Source: Pristiophorus japonicus | Taxonomy: Eukaryota | Direction: 5' to 3' | NCBI RefSeq assembly: GCF_044704955.1 | Contig: NC_091999.1 | Location: 23,002,001 to 23,062,886, forward strand | Length of the DNA: 60,886 bases | In this document: piece after piece, positions 14,133 to 27,824 of the stretch | How positions within the stretch are numbered: the first letter of the stretch is position 1 | How the letters are laid out: each line of letters begins with the position of its first letter | Notes under the pieces: generated by a model | The model's input: only the letters and a program-made list of their open reading frames with translations | Databases searched by the model: none | Told to the model about the DNA's origin: nothing | Made by a program: the position numbers and the translations under genes

Positions 14133-14797
14133 GTGAGCTTTCGCCGATTTATACACCTAGATGTGAGATCAGTCGCTCTGAACCTATCAATTCTGAGATT
14201 ATTCTCATGTCGTGTTTCTGTTGTCATGTGCCGCATCACCTGTAAATGGAAATGTGCCACCATAGACACTCCAGTCTCGCTGGTGTTAGAGTTGTGTTTA
14301 TGTAGAATATATAGAGATTGTTTGGTTATAAAGATCAGATGTCAACAGAATCTAGAACAGTTTGGAGGCGTGTTAGCTCCAAACAAGCGATAAATCTTAC
14401 ACATACCCTTTGATGCTCCTTAAATTGCATTAACATGAATCCTCCTGCTTACTGAGTATTCTCTTGCAGTATCCCAATGGTCTCATCTAAACCGTGGTCG
14501 GCTCTATCAAATAATACATTCTCATAATACAAACGTATTAATACTGACGATTGTATTTTAAGCTACTTTCCTGTTATATTATACTGTATCCTACAGTTGA
14601 CAACTAATTATCGGGAAAAATGTCGAGATACAGGTGACACTGGAAACGCACTAATAATTTTTGGGGTATCTTTTGTAAACGGTGTTCTGCTGTGGTTGGA
14701 TGAAGTCTCAAAATTTCACAGAATAACTGTCACACTTATGTGTTTGCTGAGACTTTGACGGGTAGCTTCCCAATGTTAACTTTCTTCTTACTCTCAG

Positions 14798-15705
14798 TTA
14801 ATTTAGTGGCAATTGTGATCCTGTCCCTAGGAAGGTGCGGTCTCTCCAGATGTACCACTCGGTACCTTGTGTTCATGGCGGTGACGGATCTTCTGCTCGT
14901 TATCACAGCTGTGATATTCAATCGGATTAGTGGCATTTATTTTCCAGGTAGTTTTTTGTCCCTGACCCCGGCGTGTACTCTTAGTCCTGTGGTAATTTAT
15001 GCAGCCACGGAGAGTTCGGTCTGGTTAACGGTCGCTTTCACCTTTGATCGATTTGTAACCATTTGTTGCCAGAAGCTTAAAACAAATTATTGCACCGAGA
15101 AAACAGCGGCTGTGGTTATAGGAACGGTCTGTTTACTGAGCTGTTTAAAAAGCGTTCCTTGGTACTTTATATACGAACCGCTCTATATAATCAACAAGGT
15201 CCCGTGGTTTTGTAATATTAAATCAAGCTTCTACACTTCACTCGCGTGGATAGCGTATGATTGGTTTGCTCGTCTTTTTAACACAGGCCTCCCATTCTTC
15301 CTGATCTTGCTGCTGAATGCTCTGACCGTCAGTCACATTGTAGCAGCCAACAGAGCCCGCAGGAGGCTCCGGACCCACATCAATGGAAAGAACGAGAGTG
15401 ACCCAGAGATGGAAAGCCGGAGAAAGTCCATCATTTTACTCTTCACCGTCTCGGGCAGTTTTATCCTGTTATGGATGACGTATGTTGTAAATTTCTTGTA
15501 TGTGAAAATTACAAACGGATCTTAATTCGCAGGTTCCAATTTCAATGACCCCAATTTCATTTGCCAGGAAAGTAGAAACATGCTCCAGCTCCTAAGTTGC
15601 TGCACCAACACGTGTATTTATGCAGTGACCCAGAAAAAAATTAGGGAGGAGTTAAAGCATGCGGCAAAATATTTTTGCAATCGAATTGTAAATTTAGTAA
15701 ACTAG
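14798..15705 (+). pseudogene. Class A GPCR, cartilaginous-fish GPR139-like family; main coding exon with one premature stop
   Basis: The acceptor ctctcag is followed by NLVAIVILSLGRCGLSRC..MAVTDL..SVWLTVAFTFDRFVTICCQKLK..PFFLILLLNALTV..DPEMESRRKSIILL. A TAA at 15523-15525 interrupts the frame, which then continues ..MLQLLSCCTNTCIYAVTQKKIREELK.. to TAG at 15705. The first exon was not identified. Confidence 0.88.
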
Positions 15706-15894
15706 AAAAGCTTTAAGAGTCGGCTTCAATTACTACTCGGATTATATGTTGGTGTCTTTCTTTTCTTCGGCCTGACATTCTGTCATGACATTGGTCTTTG
15801 TCGGCCTTGTAAAATGTGCAGCCGATTCGCTATTGCCAGCTTTGCACTACCGCTCCCTTCAAGACTGTCCGCTTCGTCCCTGACTAGTTTCCTC

Positions 15895-16320
15895 TTAAGA
15901 ACATAAGAACGTAAGAAATATGTGCAGGAGTAGGTCATGTGGCCCTTCCAGCCTGCTTTGCTGGTCAATAAGGTCATGGCTGAACTTGCACATCATCTCC
16001 ACTTCCCATCCCCATATTCGTTTTGAGCCCAAAAATCCATTGACCTCTGTCTCGAATATACAACGACTGAGCCTCCACAGCCCCCGGGAACATAAACATT
16101 CGAAATATTCACCATCCTCTGAGTGAAGTAATCCCTCCTCATCTCAGTCCTAAATGGCCGACCGGTTATGCTGGGTCTATCACCCCTAGTCCTAGAATTT
16201 ACAGCGAGGGTAATCATCCTCTTATCATCGACGCTGCCAAGCCCACTTAAAATTGTCCCCGTTCAATGGGATCACCTAATTCCACTAAACTCCAGATAAT
16301 ATAGGCCCACTCTACTCAAG
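15895..16320 (-). mobile_element. CR1 3' fragment
   Basis: taagaacataagaac tail and FRTEMRRDYFTQRMVN on the minus strand. Confidence 0.85.
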
Positions 16321-18077
16321 CTTTAATCTCTCGGTCTGACACGAGGCCACTCCCTTCTCCATTTTAACCCTGAGGTAATCAAAGGATAATGCAAAATGAT
16401 CTGGCAAATCGTCAGGTCAGTAAAGTTCACAAAGGAACACGAACAAATGTGTAATAAATTCCTTTGTGTATTTTCTTAACATGGACTTTAAACCTATTAA
16501 AGTGTGCGCTCTTGGGCAAAAAATACCAAAGTTAAGTTCTCAAGAAGAAACTTCATCATTGGAAGGACTGCCCTCCTATTACTGTCCCAAATTGGCACAA
16601 TGTTTTCCTGACGCTGCACATTAGGTTTTGATACAATCACAGGCACGGTCTCGACCATGTGGTACATCGAAATTTCTGTCAGCAAACACAGTTGCAACTG
16701 CAATCTTTACATTCTTTTTTAACAATGGCCTAGAAATCCCAGTCGAGGTTTTCCCGAGGGCGATCGACTAAAAAATTTTAAAAGTTGCACAACTACCTGC
16801 AATTGCTGCGACTACCATCAATTCAGGCCTAAGGCCTCCACGCTGTGCAGCGGAGGTGTGCACGTCTCAACGTCAATAAGCTTGAGCTGGAATCAAGTGG
16901 CCCTGGGCAGCCAATCAAGGTGCAATATTTTCTCATTTAAAATAATGGGAACTCCATAAGTTGGATTTCCGGTTATTTTGATTGAGAAACACACCCGCCA
17001 AACATGAAAACAAAAAGAAAAAAAAGAAAAAAATACACCATATTTAATATTTATTTAAATTAAAGCTATTTTTGTCCAATAAAAAAATCTTTCCAATCTT
17101 TTAAAAAGTTTTTTTTATTTCCAGTTTAAAATAAACTTACCTCAGTGGGGAGAGCTTTTAACAAAAAATGTATTTTAAATTTTATTTTTCTATGAGTTTT
17201 ATGATTTAAAACTCTTATGCCTATAAAAGAAGGCGCCTGCTTTTATCAGGTTCAAGTTTTCAGGACATTTGCAATCTTGCCCATGCGAATGTGCTGGCTG
17301 CTGAGCTGTGGAGGATCTGTCAAGTTGGAGCTTGACAGATGGGAAAAGACGACTTTCAACCATGCACATTGTGCACAGAGCACATTGTACCAAGTGAACA
17401 GTAATAAATGACGCTGTCAGACACCTGGGAATATTGAATGGTTAAAGGAACCGTTCCTATGGCATTGTCTAATGTAACTAGAGCAGACACTTCCCAAAGG
17501 CAGTTACATTATTTCTGGATCGAGCTTTGCAGTATTTATTGCGGATTTGCCTCTGGCTGCTGAATGCATGAGAAAAAATTAAGGGTGAGGAGGTGATGTC
17601 GGATAATTACACTTCAAAGTGAAACTTTGCCCGTCACCCAAGGTGATACTCGGTGGGTCCTGAATCACGGACACTATTTCCTCACTTGACTGGATAAGGA
17701 GCATTAGCAAGTAAAGGACATCATGTTATCAGGATAAACAACACTCAAGCAATAGAGGCTGGACCCACACATGCAATTTCATAAATGCCAGTAACACGTA
17801 CACACAGCTCAATGCATTGCGCAAAGTCCACCCTCAGTGTAAACAGGAGAGCTACTGGAAACAAATACCTGAATGGCACCTGGGGAACAGATCTCTGCAA
17901 CCCATAAGTAGAAACGAAAGCTTCTAGCACATACTGACAGGTGCTGACGGGTTTTATAACATGGTCAACCTTTCATTGTCCATGCAAAAAAACAGGACGC
18001 ATCAGCGTCAGAAGACAGGATTGAAATCATGATACTGATTTTGGAGAGAAGATCTTTATCAAGAAGCACAATCATGA

Positions 18078-18340
18078 ATCTCTCTCTCTCACTCTCTCTG
18101 TCTCTCTTTACATCTCTCTCTGTCTCTCATTATCACTGTATCAGTCTCTCTATCTATGTATCTTTCTCTTTCTCTCTCTCTCTCTGTCGCTCTTTACATC
18201 CCTCTATCTCTCTCTGTATCTCTGTATCAGTCTATCTATCTATGTATCTCTCTCGCTCTCTCTTTCTCTATCTCCTTTTATCGTTCCCTGTACCGCTTGC
18301 TCAATCGCTGTATCTCTCAACCTATTTGTATCATTATCTC
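18078..18340. repeat. CT-rich microsatellite / low complexity
   Basis: Degenerate (CT)n and (TCTA)n. Confidence 0.9.
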
Positions 18341-19259
18341 TGTTGGTGTAGAAGGAAAACGTCTCTTCCTCAAGGTGGACTCCCTGATATAAGGAATCGA
18401 CAGCCACCCGCCCGTATAGCGACCACAGAATCACTCAGACGAAACTTCGTTTCAACCGGTTTTTATTCAAGCATGCTGGGGAATTCTTCATGGATGGACC
18501 TTGCCAGATCAGAGGTTTTGCAAATACACTTCTTCAATTTTAGAGGTGTGCGCCCCTCTTAAAAAAAACATCGATTGGCCTACTGCTATCAAAGAACTTA
18601 CATTGATGTGTCGACCCTTGTCAGACTGGCTCTGAGTAGTGCTTCCCCACCTATACATCTTGCATCACATGTCACCCTTCTGGAATGTGTTATTCTGTGG
18701 TGTCAAATTTGCCTTAATTCCTCATGAAGTGTGAATTGAAATTGCTTCCCAGGATTTGCTATCTTGTTCCCAAATACGTACTTTCTTATCCTGTTCCCAA
18801 GAGAACTCGAGTGAAAATGTTCGAGTTCCCTGAAGAATCCCATGAGATTGAGATGCTGTACAATCTTGTTTATAAACTGTTAATTCTCCACTGCCCTTGA
18901 TGGATGTGTCATTCAGTACTGAATGTAAGTTTCCCTCAGTCTTTATTAAGGTTAACACAACGAATGCTTCATCACGCTTTACTGTGTACACAATTTGCTG
19001 TTTCCGCTACTTAAAACCCATAAAAAGCGAGTGTATAAGCGTGCTGTACATACATAAGTGAGTTTAACATACAACCGGTCAATTTACTATATATTACAAT
19101 CCCTACCATAAGACAGAGGAACTCCTGATTCCTCAGAACCTCCTAATACTGATGAGCCCTACAATCTCGACCATGTGTCAGATCAATTCACTACCTTCAG
19201 TAGCCACTTTAGTGACCATCTGTCCACTCCCACTTTAGTGAGGGTATTTTATCCCCTTA

Positions 19260-20313
19260 CAGTCTCTCTTTATCTCTCTCTATTTCNNNNNNNNNNNNNN
19301 NNNNNNNNNNNNNNNNNNNNNNNNNNNNNNNNNNNNNNNNNNNNNNNNNNNNNNNNNNNNNNNNNNNNNNNNNNNNNNNNNNNNNNNNNNNNNNNNNNNN
19401 NNNNNNNNNNNNNNNNNNNNNNNNNNNNNNNNNNNNNNNNNNNNNNNNNNNNNNNNNNNNNNNNNNNNNNNNNNNNNNNNNNNNNNNNNNNNNNNNNNNN
19501 NNNNNNNNNNNNNNNNNNNNNNNNNNNNNNNNNNNNNNNNNNNNNNNNNNNNGTATCTCTGACAGTCTGACTTTCTCTCTATCTCTCTCTTTAACTCTCG
19601 CTCTCCCTTTCTCTTTCTCTCTGTTTCTCTGAATCACTCTGTATCTCTTTATCCCTGTGTCTGTCTTACGCTATNNNNNNNNNNNNNNNNNNNNNNNNNN
19701 NNNNNNNNNNNNNNNNNNNNNNNNNNNNNNNNNNNNNNNNNNNNNNNNNNNNNNNNNNNNNNNNNNNNNNNNNNNNNNNNNNNNNNNNNNNNNNNNNNNN
19801 NNNCCTGTATCTCTCTATCTATATACCTCTTTGTATCTCTGTCTCTCTCCATAGCGGTCTCTCTATCTCTCTATCTCGCTCAGTATCTCATAAGGCCTGC
19901 TTTACTCTGTGTCTGACTTTCTCAATGTCTCTCTAACAGTTCAACCCCTGTTTTCTGCCTCTTTCTCAATTATCAGTGTCTATCTATCTGATCACGCCCT
20001 GTTTTTTTCACTCCTGACTTTCTCACTGTCTCTCTGTCTGATTACCCCTTGTCTTATTCGCTCTCTCTGACTGTCTCAGTGTCTGTCGATCTGATTACGT
20101 CCTGTTTCACTCTCTCTGTCTGACTATCTCAGTGTCTCTCTCTGTCTCATTAGCCCTGCTTCACCCTCTCTGCGTCTGATTGTCTCAGTGTCTCTCTATC
20201 TGATTACCCCACGTTGCTCTTTTTCTGACTGTCCCATTATTTATTTATCTGATTAACCCCTCTCTCTGTCCACGTCTATGTGTTTCAATGTCTATCCATC
20301 TGTTTACCCCATG

Positions 20314-20388
<75 letters not shown>

Positions 20389-23215
20389 GTCTCAATGTCT
20401 GAGTAACATCTGTGATCTCTCTGTTTCAGACTATATCAGTGTATATCTATCAGATTACCTGTATTTCTCTCTCACTGTCTGTTGCCTCATTGTCTCCCTA
20501 TCTGTATAATTCCTGTTATCTCTCTGTCTGACAGCCTCTGTCTCTCTTTCTGTCTGATTACCCCCTATTTCTCTCTCTGTCTGTCTGTCAAAATGTATCT
20601 CTATCTGAATATTACCTGCTTCTCCCACTCTGTCTCACTGTCTCTATCTGATTACCACTGTTTCTCTATCTTCGTGACTGTATCGAAATGTCTTCATCTG
20701 ATTACCCCATGTTCTCTCTATCTCTCTGCCTGATTGTCTCAATGTATCTCTATTCGATTAACACCTGCTTCTGTCTCGTAGTATCTGATTGTCTCAGTCT
20801 CACTCTATCTAATTTACCCCTGTTTCTCTCTCTATAATTCTGTCTCAGTATCTCTCTATATGATTAAAGTTGTTTGTCTTTCGGTCTTTGGGTCTCCGAG
20901 TCTCCATATCTGATCAGTGCCTGATTTTATCTCCCTGACAGTGCCGTTTCACTCCATCTGATTAATCTGTTTTTATCTTTGTGTCTGACACTATCAGTGT
21001 CTCAATCTGAATACTCCATCCTTCTCTCTGTGTGTCTGTTAACTCAGTACCTCTCTTTCTGATTATCCCCTGTTTCTCTCTCTGTCTGTCTGTCAAAATA
21101 TCTTTCTATCTGAATATTACCTGCTTCTCCCTCTCTGTCTGACTGTCTCACTGCCTCTATCTGATTACCTCCTGTTTCTCTATCCTCCTGATTGTATCGA
21201 CATTTATTTGTCTGATTGCCCCCTGTTCTCCCTCTCTCTGTCTGATTATCTCTATTCGATTAACCCCTGCTTCTGTCTCGTAGTATCTGATTGTCTCAGT
21301 GTCAACATCTAATTTACCCCTGTTCGTCTCTCTACCTGTCTGTCTCAGTATATCTATATATGATTAACACTGTTTGTCTTCCGGTCTTTTTGTCTCAGAG
21401 TCTCAAATTCTGATCACTCCCTGATGTTATCTCTGTCTGTCGCCGTTTCACTCCATTTGATTAATCTGTTTTTCACTCTGTGTCTGACAGTCTCAGTGTC
21501 TCTTTCTGAATACTCCCTCCTTCTCTCTCTCTGTGTCTGTTACCACAGTACCTCTCTTTTTGATTGACCATCTTTCTCTCTATCTCTCTCTCTCAAAATA
21601 TCTCTCTATCTGAATATTACCTGTTTCTCCCTCTCGGTCTGACTCAGTGTCTCTCTATTTGATTAACCCCTGTTTCTCTTTCTCTGTGTCTGACTATCTC
21701 GGTGTTTCTCTATTCAATTAACGCCTCCTTCTGTCGTTAATATCATACGAGGAGAGACTAGATCAACTGGGCCTTTATTCACTGGACTTTAGAAGGATGG
21801 GAGGGGATCTCATAGAAACGTATAAGGTTTGGACGGGACTGGACAGGTTAGATGCAGGAAGAATGTTCCCAATGTTGGGGAAGTCCAGAACCAGGGGACA
21901 TAGTCTTAGGATAAGGGGTAAGCCATTTAGGAGAAACATCTTCACTCAGAGAGTTGTTAAACTATGGAATTCCCTGCCGCAGAGAGTTGTTGATGCCAGT
22001 TCATTGGATATATTCAACAGGGAGTTCGATATGGCCCTTCCGGCTAAGGCGATCAAGGGGTATGGATAGAAAGCAGGAAAGGTGTACTGAGGGAATGATC
22101 AGTCATAATCTTATTGAATGGCGGTGCAGGCTCGAAGGGCCGAATGGCCTAATCTTGCAACTATTTTCTATATTTCTATGATTTGCTGTAAATCTATCTA
22201 ATTTACTGCTGTGTACTTCTGTGTCTGTCTGTCTCAGTATTTCTCTATTTGATTATCCCTGTTCATCATTCAGTCTCAGTGTCAGAGTCTCTCTAACTGA
22301 TTACTCCCTGCTTCTCGCTGTTTGACTGTCTCAGTTTCACTCCATCTGATGAACTCATTTTTCTCTCTGTGTCTGTATCTCAGAGTCTCTTTCTATGTCT
22401 GACATTCTCAGTGTNNNNNNNNNNNNNNNNNNNNNNNNNNNNNNNNNNNNNNNNNNNNNNNNNNNNNNNNNNNNNNNNNNNNNNNNNNNNNNNNNNNNNN
22501 NNNNNNNNNNNNNNNNNNNNNNNNNNNNNNNNNNNNNNNNNNNNNNNNNNNNNNNNNNNNNNNNNNNNNNNNNNNNNNNNNNNNNNNNNNNNNATGTCTC
22601 TCTACCTGAATACATCCTGCGTCTCTATCGCTCTCTGTCCGACTGTGTCTCAGTGAGTCTCTATATGATTGCCCCCTGTTTCTATCTCTGTATGACTGTC
22701 GCAGTGTATCACTATCTCAATACTCCCTGCTTCTCCCCCTCTGTCTGGCTATTTCAGTGTCTCTCCATCTGATTACTCTTTGCGACTAGCTCTCTAAGTC
22801 TAACTGCCTCAGCGTGTCTCTATCTGATTACTCCGCTCTCTCTCTCTATCTGTCTGATTGTCACAGTGTTGCCCTCTCTGATTAAAGCTGTTCTCTGTGT
22901 GTCTGACAATGTCAATGTCTCTCGCTCTCTAATTACACCCTGTTTCTGTCTCTTTCTGACTGTCTCAGTTTCTCTTTGTTTGATCGCCCACTGTTTCAGT
23001 CTCACTGTCAGATTGCCTCAATGTCTTACTATCTGACTACACCTGATCTTCTCCCTGTCTGACTGTCTCCGTGTCTCTCTATCTGATCACTCCTGTTTTT
23101 CTCCCTGTCTGACTCTCAATGTCTCTCTATCTAAATACCTATCGTTATCCCTCTAATTCTGAATGTCGCAGTGTCTCTCTATCTGATTTCCCATTGCTTC
23201 TCTCTCTCTCCGTAT
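19260..23215. repeat. CT-rich satellite-like array with assembly gaps and an internal ~520-bp higher-order duplication
   Basis: Recurrent tctgattacccc..tgtttctctc..ctgactgtctcagtgtctctc units, a perfect (CT)n at ~20316-20384 and N runs. The block at 20545-21060 is repeated at 21060-21580. Confidence 0.88.
21745..22180 (+). mobile_element. CR1 3' fragment
   Basis: GDLIETYKV..KSRTRGHSLRI..FTQRVVKLWNSLP plus a CR1 tail. Confidence 0.9.
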
Positions 23216-23239
23216 GCCTTCTCTAATTCGTTTGGTAAT

Positions 23240-24160
23240 ATGAAATGTCAAATGTCAGTATCCAAGTACTCAATGTTGTGCTCCTGTGTCTGCTTTGTAG
23301 CTCCATTGTGGCCTGATTGGGTTGCATTAATATTTCTCCTATGTTGATGGTGGCTGCATCTATCATGACCAGTTCTGAAGCAGTTAAATGGTCCCGCAAT
23401 CTTTGTGATGAAGGTCAGATTCTACAGGACGTATTGTGGGGTTTACTATAAGAAATCCATTTCAGTTCTACCAGGCATTTGGCCATCGGTCATTAAGGTT
23501 GAGGGGAGATCGTTGAGGGGCTTTGGTAGTGCCCCGAAATGGCCTTCTACATTTAAGACGGGTTGGTGGCAGATTGTTCAATTCTGCCTGGATCAGCATG
23601 TCTTTGAATCAGCATGTATTTTCTGGAGACTAATTATTTGCGACGTGTGTGTGGTAGTGCAATGTTTGTAAGCACTGGGAGCCAAGGTATTGGTGTCGAT
23701 AAAAGCGTATCAGTGATAATGCTCAGAGCAGAATTCAGCTGGAAATCAACGGATTTAACAACCGAAATTGATACCCAAGCCGGAAAGCGGAACTCCACTG
23801 CAGAATAAACCAGTGCGAGTGCTGTAGTACGGGGGCAGGGGGAGGGCTTGAGGGTCTGCTCCTCATGTGGATCCGGCGAGTTTCTCGATCATGTTCATTC
23901 TACTCTTCAGTTTCTTGCCAAGGTACTGGAGATGTTGTCTATATGACAGCGTGTGATCCAGCGTGAATCCTAAATAGGAGGGTTTTTTTTGGCATCGTTT
24001 ACCGCTATTCCACATAAGGAGCCTTTCAAAGCTTGGTATGCTTGATGGGTGTTAAGGCGGAATGCCGAGGTGACAATCTTTTGCGCGTTTAGCCAGAGAT
24101 GCCATCGGCATAGTAGGTTTCCATCCTCTTGTAGGAGTTAGTTTTTCAATGTCCTGTATC
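23240..24160 (-). mobile_element. Vingi/Ingi (I-clade) LINE 3' fragment
   Basis: The minus strand reads PSYLGFTLDHTLSYRQHLQYLGKKLKSRMNMIEKLAGST..RTTALALVYSAVEF..STPIPWLPVL, typical of the post-RT region of Vingi elements. Confidence 0.7.
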
Positions 24161-24394
24161 TGCTCTTCTGGGTGTCAGGGTAAACAGGGGAGCTTCGGAT
24201 TCGAAGCACGGAGTTACACAAGAACATAAGAAAGAGCAACAGGAGGAGGCCACCTGGCCCCACAAGCCTACTCCACAATATATAAAATCATGGCTGATTT
24301 GATCATGGACTCAGCTCCACTTCCCTGCCTGCTCCCCCTGACCCTTTATTTCCTTACGGATCAAAAATCTGTCAAATTATGTGTTAAATGTGTT

Positions 24395-24732
24395 CATCAC
24401 CATCATCATCATCATCATCATAGGCAGTCCCTCGGAATCGAGAAAGACATGCTTCCACTCCGGAAGTGAGTTCTTTGGTGGCTGAACAGTCCATACGAGA
24501 GCCACAGACTCTGTCACAGGTGGGAAAGATAAAAGTTGATGGAAGGGATGCGTGGGATTGGTTTGCCGCATGCTCTTTCTCCTGTCTGTGCTTCAGTTCT
24601 GCATGCTTTCGGCGTTGAGACCCGAGCTGCACAGCACGCTCTGGGATACACTTCCTTCCCTTAGGGCGGTCTTGGCCCAGTGACTCCCAGGTGTCAATGG
24701 GGATGTTGCACTTTATCAGGGAGGCTTTGAGG
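24395..24732 (-). mobile_element. RTE (BovB-like) LINE 3' end with (CAT)n tail, nested in a CR1 fragment (~24220-25210)
   Basis: LKASLIKCNIPIDTWESLGQDRPK..PTCDRVCGSR C-terminus and a (GAT)n tail; CR1-like sequence on both sides. Confidence 0.75.
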
Positions 24733-27019
24733 CTTTGGAATGTATTAATGACCCAGCCTCCACAACATTGTGGCAGAGATATCCATTGATATAATATCTC
24801 AGTGATAACAGCGCCATTCCTTCTTGCATGTTTCATCCTCTATCCACAATATCAAATCCTTTCATCATCTTAAACACATCAATTAAACTACCCCGTAATA
24901 TTCCATATTCAAAGGAATAGAAACCTAGTTAATGCACACTGTCATCATAATTTTACCCTGGTGAATCTGCGCTGAATCCCCTCAAAGTTCAGTACATCTT
25001 CCTGAGGTGTGATCCCCTGTATTGAAACCCGAACTCTAAATGGGATCCAACCAGTGATATATACAGATTTAACATAATTTCTACCCAACTTTACTCCAGA
25101 CCCCTAGAGATAAAGGCCAGCCCACCATTAGCCTTTTAACTAATTTGTGTAGCTGTCCAGTCCGCTAGCTTTCAGTGATTGCTGTACTCGGACAACTAAA
25201 TTTTTAGGGCTCAAAATGTTCTTTGTTCCTGGGAGGTGAATGACTACAGCGAGGTTTTACTTGCCAATCCCCAGGCGCCCTGGGTGTATTAGCAGAGAAG
25301 CAGGTTAAGTGAGGAACTGATTCCCTACAATGAAAGATATTATTCAACCAATTGTGGTTTTTAACAACCATCCATCAGCTTTCATCCTACTTTCCTTTTG
25401 GCAACTCACATATTTTCAACTGTATTTTACATCAGTTTCACGGTTTGGGGAGCTTCGAACTTACGAACTGCGAGTCACTGGTCTAATACTCTTACTGCTG
25501 GGCTGGTTGGTCCACTGTAAGATTGATGTCTGAAGAGCAAGATGGCCCATTATAGAAATCATATTAAAGTTGGATGCTTTAACTGCTTATAACGACAAAG
25601 ACGAACCTAGCAATTGTAACTGCATTTATGATGTGAGACTTGAGATTTCGATTGAATCTAATAAGTCTAAGCGATCTAATCGAGTTTTTGTTGTAAAGTA
25701 GCTTTACTGGAGAGAAGATGAAAAGACTGATTCCTCTGCTTGTGGGAATCGGTAAAGAAAGGTCATCAAATTAAAGATATTAACAAGAGAGTGACAGAAG
25801 CTCGGAAAAATATTTGCATGGACGCGAGCGTGGGAGTTGTTGGAGCATGGGATATTTTGCCACAAATAGTGTTTGAGGCAGAGAACATTACGCCTTAAAA
25901 AAGTTGCAGCGGTGTTTTCGTTATGTTACTCCATTTGTAATCCAGAGGCCTGGGCGAAGCATTTTATTGCACGAATTAAAATGGTACCTGCGTAGTTTGG
26001 GAATTTAAATACCGCTTTTTAAAAAATAAATGAGAGGCTGGTATCAGCAAAAGTGACCATGAAGTGATCGGCTTTGGCAAAAAAAAACAATGGGTACACT
26101 AATGTCCCGTCAGGGAAAGAAATCAGCCGTCCTTACACCGTCCGGCCTATATGTGACTCCAGTCCTATACTCAACGTGAATTAGCTCTTTGAAATGGCCC
26201 TGCATGCCCCCCAGTTGTATCAAACGCTTGAAAGGAGCAGAACTGCAGTGGTTCGAAAAGCAGATGGCTCACCAACAATTTCTCAAGGGGAAACCATGGG
26301 ATGGGCAATAAATGCTGACATGCCAGTGAAATCCATATCCCTATAATTAATAACGAAAGGAAAGGTTTAAGATGCAGCTGCATTAATTTCAGACTGTTGA
26401 AACCGACAACCCTCCACGACCTGTCTGCTCCTCCAATTCTGGCCACTTGTACAATCCCAATTTAATCGCTCCAAAATTGTCCGCCGTGTCCTCATCTGCC
26501 TCGGCCCTAATCTCTGGAATTCCACCCCTAAATATCTGCCCTAATACCTCCGTATGTAGCTAGGTGGTAAATGTTATAAGAACACAAGAAATAGAAGCAG
26601 GATTAGGCCACCTGGCTCCTTGAGCCTGTTGCACCATTCAACAAGATCATGGCTGATCGGATCATGGACTCAGCTCCACTTCCCTGCGCTCTCCTCATGA
26701 CCATTTATTCCCTTATGTCTCAAAATATGTCTGTGTTACCTCTTTAACAGGCTCAATTTGTAAAGCGAGAACAGTGAAGGAAACAATTAATGTTGTTCTG
26801 GCAGCTGTGCGGGAGCTTCCTATTAAAGGAGCTGCTTGCTGACCATTATACCTAACCATAGCCGATAAAAGGGAGATGTAGACGGGAAGTGAGCCAAGAA
26901 GGATTTGAACACAATGATGTGGTAAATTAAAAGAACTCCTTTAACATCAATAACATGGAGAGTCACTGGCACGTTTGAGCAGAATGCGATACCGCGAACA
27001 CCAAGAGGTAAATCATAAT

Positions 27020-27225
27020 ACAAAAGCAAAATACTGCGGATGATAGAATCTGACACAAAAAATAAAATGCTGGAAATCTCAGAGGGCCAGGCAGCATCTG
27101 TGGAGAGAGAAACAGAGTTGACCTTTCAGGTAGATGAACCTTCATCAGAACTGGCAAATGTTCCGAATGAAAAGATACTTATGGAGCACTGAAAGGGGGA
27201 GGGGAAGAATGAACAAAAGAGAAAC
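27020..27225. mobile_element. Penelope-like element terminal fragment
   Basis: aaagcaaaatactgcggat...ggcagcatctgtggagaga motif, also present at 49510-49630. Confidence 0.55.
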
Positions 27226-27785
27226 TCGGTTAATCATATTGTGTCTGAAGAATTTTCTGCATCAGTACTAAGCTGACCTTTCATAGTTTGAACTTGCGTC
27301 CTCAGGTTCTACTTCTGCGGTTTCATTTAAAGTAATAATCAGAGTTAACTTTTTATGCACTTCGTGATCTTGGCAACCTGTTGGAGTAATTGCAGTCTGG
27401 AACTCGGGTGATGAAGGGAACAGCGCTAATGACCAATTATTTCAACATTCAGCTGCTAAACTGATCATTACAACGCCGTTACTGAGCAGTGAAACACGTC
27501 ACAGACGCCGCAGCATGAATTAACACTTTTGTCTGCATCTGATGGGTAATTTCAAAGAAAGGAGGAAGGGATCATTGGGAGAGAAAGTGAAGAGATAGAG
27601 ATAGAGAGCTAGAGAGAGAGAGAGTGAGAGAGACTGTGTATTTAGATATCTGCCGGTCTATCTAGTTAGTTATCTACCCAGCTATATATTATCGAGCGTT
27701 TTCGTTTTATTGTTTGATTTCTATTGTAACATCACAATCCGGGTCTCAGAGCTGATTCAGTGAGAGGTAGTGAAATTCGTTTGCT

Positions 27786-27824
27786 TGTTTTTGTATGGAT
27801 TGACTACGCCCGTGTAGCAGTGTG
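27786..27824 (-). promoter_or_regulatory. Recombination signal sequence, 23-bp spacer
   Basis: Heptamer CACACTG, 23-nt spacer, nonamer ACAAAAACA immediately 3' of the V exon. Confidence 0.9.

Noticed and set aside
18029-23005. Ser/Leu-rich ORFs and ORFs containing X runs
   Set aside because: Translations of CT microsatellite and assembly gaps.
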